64,000 nt of DNA, taken from Bdellovibrionales bacterium (GTDB taxonomy: Bacteria > Bdellovibrionota > Bdellovibrionia > Bdellovibrionales > JAUICD01). The stretch's first letter is position 1. The number at the start of each line of letters is the position of its first letter. The position numbers and the translations under genes are program-made. The stretch lies in contig OZ241865.1 in NCBI GenBank assembly GCA_965203275.1, positions 2,400,001 through 2,464,000 on the forward strand. Direction: 5' to 3'. Below are positions 44,940 to 55,469 of this stretch, one piece after another. The notes below the pieces were generated by a model. That model saw only the letters and a list, made by a program, of their open reading frames with translations. It searched no databases and had not been told where the DNA came from.

Positions 44940-45560
44940 TCAATTTTTGCTCTTATACAACCATCTGTAAAGTAGATAAACAGCAACAAGTCCTACAAAT
45001 ATGAAAAGATAAATATGAATTTGTGTGAGTATCTCAAAAGCTTTTTCTCTATGCTCATGGAATTTATAACCTAACCATACTAAGAGAGGTACACTGGCAA
45101 AGGCAGCCAGCCCATCTTGAAATATAAACACTTTAAATGGCACTTTGAGAGTACCAGCAGTCAAATAAATAGGGGCCCTCAAACCCGGGGCAAATCGAGC
45201 TGTAAAACAAATGAGCTTTGCATTTTGATTAATATGTTCTGTTGCCTTCTGAACCCTTTTAGGTGTAAAAACTTTTCTGAAAATAGGCCATTGAAAAACT
45301 TTTGGTCCAAAATAGCTCCCTATACTAAAGAGTAGCACATCACCGACTAAAACTCCTATAAAACATACCAATATAGCTCCTGTTAAAGAAATAGCTCCTT
45401 TTCCAGCTAAGTAACCTGCTGTGATCAGGGTGATATCTTCAGGGACTGGTAGTCCTATTCCACATAAAAACAATACCCCAAAGATAAGGGCATAAGCTTG
45501 GAAACCTGATATTCCAATGAATAAAGATAAAATTTTATGAGCAAATCCAGCTTCTTTCAT
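44940..45560 (-). CDS. DedA family membrane protein
   Basis: GLPVPEDITLITAG, GDVLLF..G, ARFAPGLR motifs. Confidence 0.92.
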   Translation of the reverse strand: MKEAGFAHKILSLFIGISGFQAYALIFGVLFLCGIGLPVPEDITLITAGYLAGKGAISLTGAILVCFIGVLVGDVLLFSIGSYFGPKVFQWPIFRKVFTPKRVQKATEHINQNAKLICFTARFAPGLRAPIYLTAGTLKVPFKVFIFQDGLAAFASVPLLVWLGYKFHEHREKAFEILTQIHIYLFIFVGLVAVYLLYRWLYKSKN

Positions 45561-45712
45561 GCTTGATAACCTTTTGTTATTATTATTGTATCGACATCTT
45601 TGATTTTATTCTGTATGATTATATTATGGTCAGGAAAAGTTAAAATAGTAAATGACTTTGATTTTTTGATTTACTTTGATTTATAGATGATATCTAGAAT
45701 AAGTGTTATTTT

Positions 45713-46069
45713 TTGAGGAAATGGAAAACTTCAAAAATGTTTTTTTATATAAGATGTATTTGCTTAGCATTGCTTATCTCTATTAGTTTATACTCTGTCA
45801 AAATAGAGAAGGTCAGGCTTTCTCATAAAATACATGGATACATCGAGCAAACACCTGTTGGTTTATATTTGAATCAAATGGCTCAATTTGGAATCCATTA
45901 CACTCAAAAAACTTTTAAAAAAATATACACTGATAACAAAAAAGAACTTATGGAACGTCTTTCTCATAAAGTAAAAAAAGCAATCCAAAGAACTCATCAA
46001 CACCTTGAACTTGAAAAAAAGGATCATCAAGAAGGAACAAAGCCCAATCCTAGCCCGGTGGCTCACTAA
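45713..46069 (+). CDS. Hypothetical small membrane-anchored protein
   Basis: N-terminal hydrophobic segment; its stop lies at the edge of repeat cluster 4. Start uncertain. Confidence 0.5.
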   Translation: MRKWKTSKMFFYIRCICLALLISISLYSVKIEKVRLSHKIHGYIEQTPVGLYLNQMAQFGIHYTQKTFKKIYTDNKKELMERLSHKVKKAIQRTHQHLELEKKDHQEGTKPNPSPVAH

Positions 46070-46280
46070 AAGTAGCCAGAGGCTAGACCACTTTTAGTGA
46101 GACAAAAGAAGCATATCTTGTTTCCCTAACATGGTGTCAGAAGCAAGGAGATCCGCCCTACTCAAAATGCATAGATTTTTGAGGCAATGACCATTTTGTC
46201 AATGGCGAAAGCCATTGCGGTCATTGCCCAAAAACATGCCAGAGGCATGATGCATTTTGAGTGAAATGTTAAGGAAACAG
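46064..46280. repeat. Cluster 4: one complete structured repeat unit with terminal inverted repeats plus a partial unit
   Basis: gtttccctaacat (~46120) ... atgttaaggaaac (~46278) enclosing the full nested fold. Confidence 0.9.
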
Positions 46281-46291
46281 GCAATTTGCTT

Positions 46292-48550
46292 TTAAAGATT
46301 ATCGAATTCTTCTTCTAACTCAAGTTCTATATCATCAATATCATTGCTATCAATACTGTTATTTGTAGAATTAACTTCTCCACTGAGTGTGCTAGAAGCA
46401 AAAATTTCATTGCGATTGAGGATACGAGGTGTAATAAAAATTAAAAGCTCTGCTTTATTAGAAGAATAAGTATTCCTTTTAAATAAAGAACCTAAAATAG
46501 GAATGTGCCTAAGAACAGGAACTCCACTATTATTTTTATCCATGCTGTCTTGATACATACCACCAATAACAGCCGTGTCTCCATTGTTGACTAAAACATT
46601 GGTACTAGCAGATCGACCAAAAATAGGTGGAGCTTCACCATCTGAAGCTGCTGCACCAGCAAATTGTCTTTGAATATTGATTTGTAAAATAATGCCTTTG
46701 CCCGAAGTCACTTGTGGAGTCACATTCAATGAAAATGTGATATTTTTATATTCTGTACTTTGTGAAATGCCACCTCCTGTAGAATCTGTTTTAGCCAGAG
46801 GGATTTGATCTGTTTGATTGATATTTGCTGACATATTATTAAGTGTAACTACACGCGGTGAAGATATGACTTTAACCACTTGATCTTCTTCTAGTAAATC
46901 TAATGTTGCTGTTAAAGCTCCTTGGCTTAACCCTACAATTGTACTTAGATCGAAGTCTAAAGGAATTCCACCTCCTCCGCGATCTAACACAAATCCTTTA
47001 ACTATTGAACCTAAGTTTTGTCCTTTGATAATCATTCCAAATCTTCGACTAAATACTTCAGTTGCTTCCACAATTTTAGCTTCAATAAGGATTTGTGGAA
47101 TTTGCACATCTAAGGTCCTAATAAGCCTCTTCATGCGATTAATGTTTTCAAGAGTATCTGTGATCATTAAACTATTGGTCCTAGGATCAGATTGGATTTG
47201 CCCTTTAGGACCTTTAAATATTTGTATGCGATTAACTAAATCATTGGCTTTCGCATAACTCACAGGGATAAATTGAATTTGTAGAGGACTTAAAGATTTT
47301 TTAGATTCAATAAGTTGTTGGCGGTTTTTCATTTCAGTTCGAATATTATCAATTGTATCTACAATTAAAATATTCTCACTGCGAATATAACCTAGCTTCT
47401 TCATTTGTAAAACAAGTAAGAACACTTGATCCCAAGGAATTTCTTTAAGTTCTAAAGAAACCTTTCCAGTGATATTTTCTGATAACACAATATTTAATCC
47501 GCTTTCCCTTGTGATGAATTTTAAAACATCTCGAATATTAGCATTATTAACTTCTATAGAAATAGGAACTCCAGTATAACGAACATTTTGAGATAAAAAA
47601 TCATCGGAAGACTCAGCATTTAAAGGGCTTTTAGAGGCCATATCATTAGCTTCTTGTAGTTCTGAATCCTCAAGTAATTGTTGTGTATCTGCTAAACTTC
47701 CTGTAGTTGTATTTGAATCTTGAGCTTCTACTAAAATAGAATTGCCATCAACTCTCACAATAGGTTCTATAGGATCTCTTATAGAAATTACAAATCGAGC
47801 TTTTGTGCTTTCATTATCTTGATAAGCTTGAAAGAATCCAATATTGCTAGGGAAATCTCTTGTCGCATAAGGCCTTTTAAATTGACTTGGTATCTTAAGG
47901 TTATCTATTTCTACTATGATTTGTCTTCCATCTTCAGATTTACGGATAAAGGGATTTTGAGGAATTCCTGTGGTTTGAATCACAATAGTACCTCCAGCTT
48001 GGTCATGCAGAAAATCAACACCTGTCACATTTAAGAGAGGACCATCTGTTGTCGTGGATGGTATTTGCTGAGTTAATTCAATGGGTTCTTCTATTGTACT
48101 CTCTGTATCTTCAATATCTACAAGAGTTTCATCCTCTGGTAAAGTTTCTGCTGGAGATGTGGACTCTATGTCTTCTAGTGGGGGTTCTGTTTTTTCTTCA
48201 GTTTCTGCTAATTGTTGCTCAAATTCTTCTTCAATAAGCTGTTCTGCCTTTTTCTCTGCATTTTCATCTAAATCAAAAGGTTCTTCATTAGGTATATCTG
48301 CAAAATCTTCTTCAAGTTCTCCTTCAAGTTCTGATTCTAAATTATCTTCAAATTCATCTGTAACTTCTTGGTCAACATCTCCCAACTCTAATGCAAGATC
48401 ATCTTCTCCATCTTGTTTTTCTTGATCAGCTTGTGCTATTAAAAAAGAATTATTTCTAGTAATGATTTTGTTTTCTTGAACAGTACTTCTTGCAACTGTT
48501 TGGATCACAAAAGAAATAATCAAAAAAATAATTAAAAAAAATTTTAGCAT
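46292..48550 (-). CDS. pilQ: Type IV pilus secretin with acidic N-terminal region
   Basis: AMIN-like domain, L.L.EIPWDQ N0 motif, SYAKA, DPRTNSL, QILIEAKIVEA, LLIFITPRI secretin signature. Confidence 0.92.
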   Translation of the reverse strand: MLKFFLIIFLIISFVIQTVARSTVQENKIITRNNSFLIAQADQEKQDGEDDLALELGDVDQEVTDEFEDNLESELEGELEEDFADIPNEEPFDLDENAEKKAEQLIEEEFEQQLAETEEKTEPPLEDIESTSPAETLPEDETLVDIEDTESTIEEPIELTQQIPSTTTDGPLLNVTGVDFLHDQAGGTIVIQTTGIPQNPFIRKSEDGRQIIVEIDNLKIPSQFKRPYATRDFPSNIGFFQAYQDNESTKARFVISIRDPIEPIVRVDGNSILVEAQDSNTTTGSLADTQQLLEDSELQEANDMASKSPLNAESSDDFLSQNVRYTGVPISIEVNNANIRDVLKFITRESGLNIVLSENITGKVSLELKEIPWDQVFLLVLQMKKLGYIRSENILIVDTIDNIRTEMKNRQQLIESKKSLSPLQIQFIPVSYAKANDLVNRIQIFKGPKGQIQSDPRTNSLMITDTLENINRMKRLIRTLDVQIPQILIEAKIVEATEVFSRRFGMIIKGQNLGSIVKGFVLDRGGGGIPLDFDLSTIVGLSQGALTATLDLLEEDQVVKVISSPRVVTLNNMSANINQTDQIPLAKTDSTGGGISQSTEYKNITFSLNVTPQVTSGKGIILQINIQRQFAGAAASDGEAPPIFGRSASTNVLVNNGDTAVIGGMYQDSMDKNNSGVPVLRHIPILGSLFKRNTYSSNKAELLIFITPRILNRNEIFASSTLSGEVNSTNNSIDSNDIDDIELELEEEFDNL

Positions 48551-48654
48551 TATATGACCTCTTTATCCTACTAATTATTTAAGAGGTGTTTTTCTGTTTT
48601 GACAAGACTTTAGGTGAAAAAACCAGACCAATAGACTAGAGTGTATTTAAAAAT

Positions 48655-49401
48655 TTATCCCGTGTAAGGCAAATAAGTAAAATAAATATAATCTCTATAT
48701 TGTTTTAAAAATACAATATTTTGATCTTTATTGATTTTATTTGTTTTAAGTTTCTTAAGCCAACGTGACTCTTGATAAGCAATGCAACTTAAATGAGAAA
48801 AACTTAAATCTACCTTACTTTGTTGTCTACAAAGACTTTGCATTTGACGTAATTTTTCTAAATCAAAAACACTCTCCATAGCAATAAAAGATAAAATAGA
48901 AACACCTAAATCAAGCTCTAAAAGAGATACAAGACTTTGAGCGTTGGGATGAAAGACATCTTCCGGAGTAGCAATCATTAAAGTTTTTTTTAATTGTGTC
49001 TGTTGTTTTTTTAAAAGTCTTAAAATGTCTGTGTAGTTTTGAGTTAAATGCTCGACCCGCACATTTAATGAAGGAAAATGCTTTGCTTTATTTTCCCATT
49101 CTGACTTCATAGGACTTAAAATCAACACTGTATGAAAGTTTTTTTTATAACTTTGACTTGTGTGCAGTAAGCTTAAGATAATATCTAAATTAAAAGATTT
49201 GTTAATACCAAAAGCCACCACCTTAGATGAATGAATATCTTTATGTAATTGTTTAAAAATAGTTTGACCAATGACATGGAAATTAGAAAAATTAGAAGGC
49301 TTAATAACAGGTTTGGGCCTAGGGTTTAATCCAAATTGAAAAATTAAAATAACTAAGGCTAAAACAACAATAGCTAAAAAAGAAAAGTACCATTTTATCA
49401 T
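48655..49401 (-). CDS. Hypothetical membrane-anchored protein
   Basis: 248-aa ORF with an N-terminal TM. Confidence 0.6.
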   Translation of the reverse strand: MIKWYFSFLAIVVLALVILIFQFGLNPRPKPVIKPSNFSNFHVIGQTIFKQLHKDIHSSKVVAFGINKSFNLDIILSLLHTSQSYKKNFHTVLILSPMKSEWENKAKHFPSLNVRVEHLTQNYTDILRLLKKQQTQLKKTLMIATPEDVFHPNAQSLVSLLELDLGVSILSFIAMESVFDLEKLRQMQSLCRQQSKVDLSFSHLSCIAYQESRWLKKLKTNKINKDQNIVFLKQYRDYIYFTYLPYTG

Positions 49402-49556
49402 TTTTTTTGAACCTATGATTATTGATCATCATCTAACTTCTATATCCAACGACTCTAACTTTTTTAAGAATGAGTTGTTCAGTGTTAAGAGCAGAGATTT
49501 AATTACAACAGCGTACTTTTATTTTTATTGTACATCACTCATATCATAATGCTTTT

Positions 49557-49868
49557 TTAAGAGGCGAGAACTTCTTTTAGCTTTCCTGATTCGTACATTT
49601 CTGTCATAATATCACAACCTCCTATAAGTTGTTTGTTGACATAAAGTTGTGGGATTGTTGGCCAATCACCATAAATTTTAATACCTTCTCGTATTTCAGG
49701 ATCTTCTAACACATCCACATCTTGAAACGAAACGTTCAACTCTTTAAGTATAGCCACAGCCCTGTGAGAAAAACCACAATGCGGAAAACTAGCCGTCCCT
49801 TTCATAAACAAGACAATACGATTTTTATTAAGTATATCTTCAATTTGACATTGCGTTGTTTTATTCAT
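49557..49868 (-). CDS. grxD: Monothiol glutaredoxin Grx4
   Basis: LFMKGT..FP.CGFS, WPTIPQLYV, GGCDI. Confidence 0.95.
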   Translation of the reverse strand: MNKTTQCQIEDILNKNRIVLFMKGTASFPHCGFSHRAVAILKELNVSFQDVDVLEDPEIREGIKIYGDWPTIPQLYVNKQLIGGCDIMTEMYESGKLKEVLAS

Positions 49869-49900
49869 TAATACAACCTCCTTTTAAATGGATTAAAGTT

Positions 49901-50128
49901 TTATTTAGAATGAAAGTGAATAGTCAAAGCATGGATTTCACCACTTGCAAATTGTTCTTTAAAAAGCCCCATGACTTTTCTATGAGCTGTCACCCTAGGC
50001 AAAGATTCTAACTCTTTACAAGATAAAGTCATTTGATAATGGTTATTGGTATGAGTTAAATCTACAACTTCTATTTGAGCATGAGGATAATGTTTTAAAA
50101 AATGTTGCTTAATTTCTATAGCTTGCAT
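49901..50128 (-). CDS. BolA family protein
   Basis: HY...RV..HR.V...IHAL motif; adjacent to grxD. Confidence 0.9.
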   Translation of the reverse strand: MQAIEIKQHFLKHYPHAQIEVVDLTHTNNHYQMTLSCKELESLPRVTAHRKVMGLFKEQFASGEIHALTIHFHSK

Positions 50129-50139
50129 TACGTCTCCTT

Positions 50140-51455
50140 TGTTTCACTAAAAGTAAACTGACCTCTGTTTCCCTAAAATTGAACTAGCCTCTGGCTACTT
50201 TTGGGCAGTTAGCCCGACGGCTATCGCCGTCGATCAAAGGCTAACTGCCTCAAAAGCTTGTTCAATTTTAGGAAGGAGGATCCTCTCGTCTCTTTACACG
50301 ATGTTAAGGAAAAAGTTCCTTCTTACATCTTTTGCCTGCAAAGGCTTTCGCCTTTGACAAAATAGGCAACACCTAAAAAATCCGCTCATTTTGAGTAGGG
50401 AAGGATCCTCTCGTTTCTTAACATGATGTTAGGGAAACAAGATATTCGCTTCATCCTTGCCTGTCTGTTTGATGCCGGGGTGCCAAATCCCGGATCCCGG
50501 AAAAGTATCCTTTCATTTCTTTATACCATGTTAAGGAAACAAAGCATTCGTTTTTTTGTTTTTTTTATTCTTTTTTAGATTCTGCGTAATTTTCAAAAAA
50601 GCATGAATATTATGAGTGGGAGGCGGAGGCAGGCTGTAGGAGTTGTTTCTACTCAAAGTGAACAGGCTTTTGAGGCAATGACCATTTTGTCAAAGGCGAA
50701 AGCCGTCGGGCTAAATGGTATTAGAAGGATGTTTTCCTTAACATGGTGTTAAGAAACGAAGAGATCCTCCCTACTCAAAGTGAACAGGCTTTTGAGGCAA
50801 TGACCATTTTGTCAAAGGCGAAAGCCTTTGCGGTCATTGTCCAAAAGTGGCCAGAGGCCAGTTCACTTTGAGTGAAACAACTATCCCTAACCCCACCCGC
50901 CACCCTTCGATTCTGCTTTCTCATTTTGTTTTTACTGGAGGATGAGGGCAGAGGGAGCCTTCCGAAGTCCTCAATTGAGCTTGCTTTTAAGGAGCAAGCT
51001 CAATTTGCGGAAGATCTCCAGTCTCCCTCTGCCCCCATCCTCCCCTAAATGATTTTTTATTTGAGAGTTACGCAGAATCTGAGAAAAAATAAAAAAAAAG
51101 GAACTTTTTCCTTAACATGTAGTAAAAAGACAAGGAGATCCTCCTTCCTAAAAGTGAACAGGCTTTTGAGACAATGACCATTTTGTCAAAGGCGAAAGCC
51201 TTTGCGGTCATTGTCCAAAAGTGGCCAGAGGCCAGTTCACTTTGAGTGAAACAGCTTAGCCTTTGATCGACGACGATAAGCCGTCGAGCTAACTATTAGA
51301 AGGACATTTTCCTTAACATGGTGTTAAGAAACGAAGAGATCCTCCCTACTCAAAGTGAACAGGCTTTTGAGACAATGACCATTTTGTCAAAGGCGAAAGC
51401 CTTTGCGGTCATTGTCCAAAAGTGGCCAGAGGCCAGTTCATTTTGAGTGAAACAA
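50140..51455. repeat. Cluster 5 (largest) of structured repeat family, ~7 full/partial units plus accessory modules
   Basis: Three near-identical units at ~50733-50878, 51107-51253 and 51308-51453; other variants at 50168-50312 and 50335-50440. Confidence 0.92.
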
Positions 51456-51478
51456 CAATGTAAATATGTTTTTATTTC

Positions 51479-51769
51479 TTACTTCTTTTGAATATGACAC
51501 AAGGCGACATCCACAGATGTTCTTGTACCTTTCTCTGTGTTGCATTTATGGCAAGCAACGACCACATTAGATTTTGAAGAAAGCCCTCCTTTTGCTAAAG
51601 GAACCTTATGATCCATTGTAAGATGTTTTGCAGTAAAATGTTTTCCACAATAATAACATTGGCCTTTTTTGAGTTTCCATTGCCACCACTTAGAAGCTTT
51701 TAATTGCTTAGCTTTGAGGCGTTCTTTTTGAAGTTGCCACTTTGGTTGTGGTGCATAAAACAAAGTCAT
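51479..51769 (-). CDS. Small HNH endonuclease
   Basis: CYYCG, TMDHKVPLAKGG, NVVVACHKCN..K. Confidence 0.9.
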   Translation of the reverse strand: MTLFYAPQPKWQLQKERLKAKQLKASKWWQWKLKKGQCYYCGKHFTAKHLTMDHKVPLAKGGLSSKSNVVVACHKCNTEKGTRTSVDVALCHIQKK

Positions 51770-51836
51770 TATGATGATATCTCCTTTAGTGTTTGATTTT
51801 CAAATATTCAAAAGTTTGTCAATCAACAAAATTATT

Positions 51837-52475
51837 TTAAGATGGACTGATGTATTGGCAAAAAATAGTAGCCCACTTTTTTAATAGAAAAGCTGAAGGA
51901 GTTAATTTTGTGTAATAAGATACAGAATCTAAACTTTCAAAGTCAAGACCACAAGGACGAATAAGAGAAAATAAATCCAGATCATTATTTATGTTGATAG
52001 CCAGTCCATGACAAGCAATGCCTCTTTGTACCTGTACACCAAAAAAAGCAATTTTACCTCTCTGAGTATAAATGGCAGTCGTTTGATTTTTCTTCTCTTG
52101 AAGACAGATCACACCTAAGCTCTCCAAAAAGTCTCTTGTGACATTTTCTAATAAAGCAACATATTGCCTTACAGAAAGCTTCCATTTTTTTAAGGGTATA
52201 ATAGGGTAGATCACCAACTGACCAGGGGAGTGACAGGTGACCCCTCCTCCTCTTTTTGTCAACACAACTTCAATCTCTTTGCACTTGAGAAAATCATGGG
52301 AAACTAAAATATCTTGTTTTTGACTGTTAAGTCCTAAAGTGATCACAGAAGGGTGTTCTAATCCTAAGAGATAACTATACTGAGTCCTTTGACTTTGCAC
52401 TACAAAATCTTGTTGTAACTCAAGCCCCTTTGAATAAGGCAAACAAGAAAGCCATTTGATTTGTATATTTTTCAT
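51837..52475 (-). CDS. lipB: Lipoyl(octanoyl) transferase
   Basis: LEHPSVITLG, RGGGVTCHSPGQLVIYPI, KIA, HGLAIN, PCG. Confidence 0.93.
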   Translation of the reverse strand: MKNIQIKWLSCLPYSKGLELQQDFVVQSQRTQYSYLLGLEHPSVITLGLNSQKQDILVSHDFLKCKEIEVVLTKRGGGVTCHSPGQLVIYPIIPLKKWKLSVRQYVALLENVTRDFLESLGVICLQEKKNQTTAIYTQRGKIAFFGVQVQRGIACHGLAININNDLDLFSLIRPCGLDFESLDSVSYYTKLTPSAFLLKKWATIFCQYISPS

Positions 52476-52625
52476 AATGTAAACCTTGAAGAGTTAAAAA
52501 AATAAAAATAATGTACAGAGTTTATTGTCTAAAATCTTGTAAAATCAAATACTTTATTAAAGATAAATACAGATAATTGACATCTCACATTTTTTTATTT
52601 TATTCTTTATAGATTATAGAATGAA

Positions 52626-52671
52626 TAAGATGAAGCATCTATATAAATTAAGATGAAGCATCTATATAAAT
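52626..52671. repeat. 23-bp perfect tandem duplication immediately upstream of aceE
   Basis: taagatgaagcatctatataaat occurs twice. Confidence 0.85.
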
Positions 52672-52676
52672 AAGGA

Positions 52677-55376
52677 ATGAATATGGCTCAAACAAATAAA
52701 GCAAATAAACTAGATATGAACATATTAAATACTATTACAAAAAAAGCACATGCTTTTGCAACAGCCATGATCTACTTTGCTAACCACAGAGAGCATCAAG
52801 ATAAAACAGATCCAAAAGTAGGAGGTCATCCTACGGCTTCTGCCAGTAGCCTTCATATTTTAGGGAGTCTTCATCTTGTTGTTAAATCAGGCTTTGATCA
52901 TCAGGCTATCAAACCTCACACATCCCCTACAGACCATGCTTTTAATTATCTACTTAATCTTTTTTTAGATGCAGAAAAAAATAGACTTAATGACGATCTT
53001 TCTCAACAAGCTATGTATGGCTTGCGAGCTTTCTGTCAACAAGGTGAGCCGGTCTTTCAATCTTACCACTCTAAATACGATCCCGACCATGAAGGCTATC
53101 TCCCTTCAGGTACAGTAGGCATTCCTCCTGTCAATTTAGGCTATTTAGCTCTTGCTTACAAATATGCAGAAAACCAAGGTTTTAAAGTACCTCAGCCAGC
53201 TCATTTTTGGGCCCTTATCGGAGACTCTGAATTTAGAGAAGGTTCACTTTTTGAAGCTATGCCTGACTTTGCAGAAAGGCAAATAGGCCACTTGACTTGG
53301 ATTATTGATTATAACAGGCAAAGCCTTGATGGACAGCGAATTGTCAACTCTCAAGCTGTAGGCCATGATTGTCATAGAATAGCCCAAACAGCTATAGCTA
53401 ATGGATGGGAAGTTATAACAGTGCAACATGGTAGCTTTAGAAAAAAGCTTTTTCAAAAAAATGGCGGTGAAGTATTTCAAAATATATTAGAAAACAAACT
53501 TGAAGATTTATATTTTCAAGCTCTTTTGCTCAATAAAGATGCTCTGCTTGCAAGGCAAGCTCTTCTCAAAATAGACCCTCAGATCAATCATTTTTTAAAA
53601 GAGATCACTGATAAAGATTTATTAAAAGCTCTGCAAGATTTAGGTGGACATGATTATCAACAATTGATCCCTGCTTTAGAGAAAAGTAAAACTTTTCACA
53701 ATAAACCTTCTCTGATCATTGCTCATACTATTAAAGGATGGGGATTACAATCAGCAGCACAGTCTTCTAATCATAATGCTTTGCCTAGCAAACAAGAGAT
53801 CACAAGTTTGCTGGAAGCACAAGGGCTTTCTTTAAAAAAGCCTTTTGAAAAATTTCCTGTAAATTCCTTAGAAGGGAAATTTTTAAAAAAACGTGGAGAT
53901 GAGCTTTTAAAGCAGTTTCAAGAAAAATGGTCAATCAAAAAACACAATCAACAAAATTTTCAAAAAAAACTCTCTCGCGTACCACACACTTTAGATATTA
54001 ATTTAAAACTTGCTCCCTATAGTCACACACAATGGATGCTTGGACAACTGGTTGCAAAACTTATTCGTGTCGCTCAGACACCTCGTTGTGATTTAGAAAA
54101 AGCTTTTCAACCCTTAGCACAAATGATGACTTTGATGTCTCCTGATGTAGGGACTTCTACAAATTTACAATTTACAATGGATGAAAAAGTTTTTGGACAA
54201 ATCAAAACAACAGACTATGAAACCCAATTGAATGTGAGAGATAAAAAAGCTCCTATTTTGATTCCTAACTCTACAAATAAAAATCAATTTTTAAGATTTG
54301 AGATTGCAGAAGCTAGTAGCATGTCTTGTATGGGTTCTTTTGGTAAGATCAAAGAAATACTTGGCATTCCTTTAATACCTCTAATGACCATCTATGATTT
54401 TTTTATTAAAAGAGCCTTGGATCAGTACTTTTATAATTTGTATTGGGATTCGAGTTTTATATTGTTTGGAACCCCTTCAGGTGTGACTCTTTCTTCTGAA
54501 GGAGCTCAACATGGATGGAAGTCAGACTTTCAAATTCCTCATCAGATCACTTGGGAGCCTTGTTTTTGTCAGGAACTAGATTGGATTTTTGTAGATAGCC
54601 TTAAGAAACATTTTTCTGGTGAAAACCATACTCCACAAAGAACAGGTGTACTTATTCGTTGTTTTACAAGGGGTGTTTATCAAAAAGAATTTCTCACCCG
54701 CCTTAAAACACAGCAACGCTTTAAAGCATCAAAACCTCAAGTACCCTTACATCCCAGTAGCTTATCGACAAAAGGTGCTATAGATGAGTCTTCTGTGGAA
54801 ACCTTATCAGAAAATGACATTTTAAAATATGTGCGAGAGGATGTATTAAAAGGAGGATATTATTTAATAGATTATCGTGGATATGTAGGTTATGAGCCAG
54901 GGGATAATGTGGTACATATTTTTACTATGGGAAGTGTCACAACAGAAGCTATTGTTGCATCGGATGTTCTGTTGAAAAAAGGCATTTATGCTAACGTCAT
55001 TATTGTGACAAGTCCTGATTTGCTTGTAGGTCATCTGGGGTTTGCTGATGGTTACACTCATCTTAAGAAAAATTTAAACATCACTGCTGAGTTGCATTTA
55101 AAATCTAAGCAACTGACCAAAACAGATTTAATAACTTTGGCAGGTGGCCAAATACCTCTTGTCAGTGTGCATGATGGTGAACCAGGGTTGTTAGATAATA
55201 TAGGTTCTATTGTTGGAGTCAAACATAAAAGTCTTGCTGTAAGGAAGCATTCAAAATGCGGTTGTCCTCGTGATATTTACAAATACCATGGTATAGACAA
55301 AGATGCTATTGTCGTTGCTGTGGATGAAGTTTTATCTGATTTGGCTTTGACAGATCTCAATATGGTATCTTCCTAG
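52677..55376 (+). CDS. aceE: Pyruvate dehydrogenase E1, homodimeric AceE type
   Basis: KVGGH..ASASS, TPP motif GDSEFREG...DYNRQSLD, HTIKGWG, EGAQH; divergent from lipB. Confidence 0.8.
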   Translation: MNMAQTNKANKLDMNILNTITKKAHAFATAMIYFANHREHQDKTDPKVGGHPTASASSLHILGSLHLVVKSGFDHQAIKPHTSPTDHAFNYLLNLFLDAEKNRLNDDLSQQAMYGLRAFCQQGEPVFQSYHSKYDPDHEGYLPSGTVGIPPVNLGYLALAYKYAENQGFKVPQPAHFWALIGDSEFREGSLFEAMPDFAERQIGHLTWIIDYNRQSLDGQRIVNSQAVGHDCHRIAQTAIANGWEVITVQHGSFRKKLFQKNGGEVFQNILENKLEDLYFQALLLNKDALLARQALLKIDPQINHFLKEITDKDLLKALQDLGGHDYQQLIPALEKSKTFHNKPSLIIAHTIKGWGLQSAAQSSNHNALPSKQEITSLLEAQGLSLKKPFEKFPVNSLEGKFLKKRGDELLKQFQEKWSIKKHNQQNFQKKLSRVPHTLDINLKLAPYSHTQWMLGQLVAKLIRVAQTPRCDLEKAFQPLAQMMTLMSPDVGTSTNLQFTMDEKVFGQIKTTDYETQLNVRDKKAPILIPNSTNKNQFLRFEIAEASSMSCMGSFGKIKEILGIPLIPLMTIYDFFIKRALDQYFYNLYWDSSFILFGTPSGVTLSSEGAQHGWKSDFQIPHQITWEPCFCQELDWIFVDSLKKHFSGENHTPQRTGVLIRCFTRGVYQKEFLTRLKTQQRFKASKPQVPLHPSSLSTKGAIDESSVETLSENDILKYVREDVLKGGYYLIDYRGYVGYEPGDNVVHIFTMGSVTTEAIVASDVLLKKGIYANVIIVTSPDLLVGHLGFADGYTHLKKNLNITAELHLKSKQLTKTDLITLAGGQIPLVSVHDGEPGLLDNIGSIVGVKHKSLAVRKHSKCGCPRDIYKYHGIDKDAIVVAVDEVLSDLALTDLNMVSS

Positions 55377-55469
55377 TAATTTATTTTTCATACATTCTAA
55401 GCTTTTAGAGAATTCAATCTAGCTGAATAGCTTTCAAAAATAAATCCTGAGTTATTTCAAAGGACTAGA

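Noticed and set aside
50140..51455. Structured repeats as hammerhead ribozymes or tRNAs
   Set aside because: A terminal GAAAC is present, but there is no CUGANGA core at the junction and no tRNA T-loop or acceptor features.
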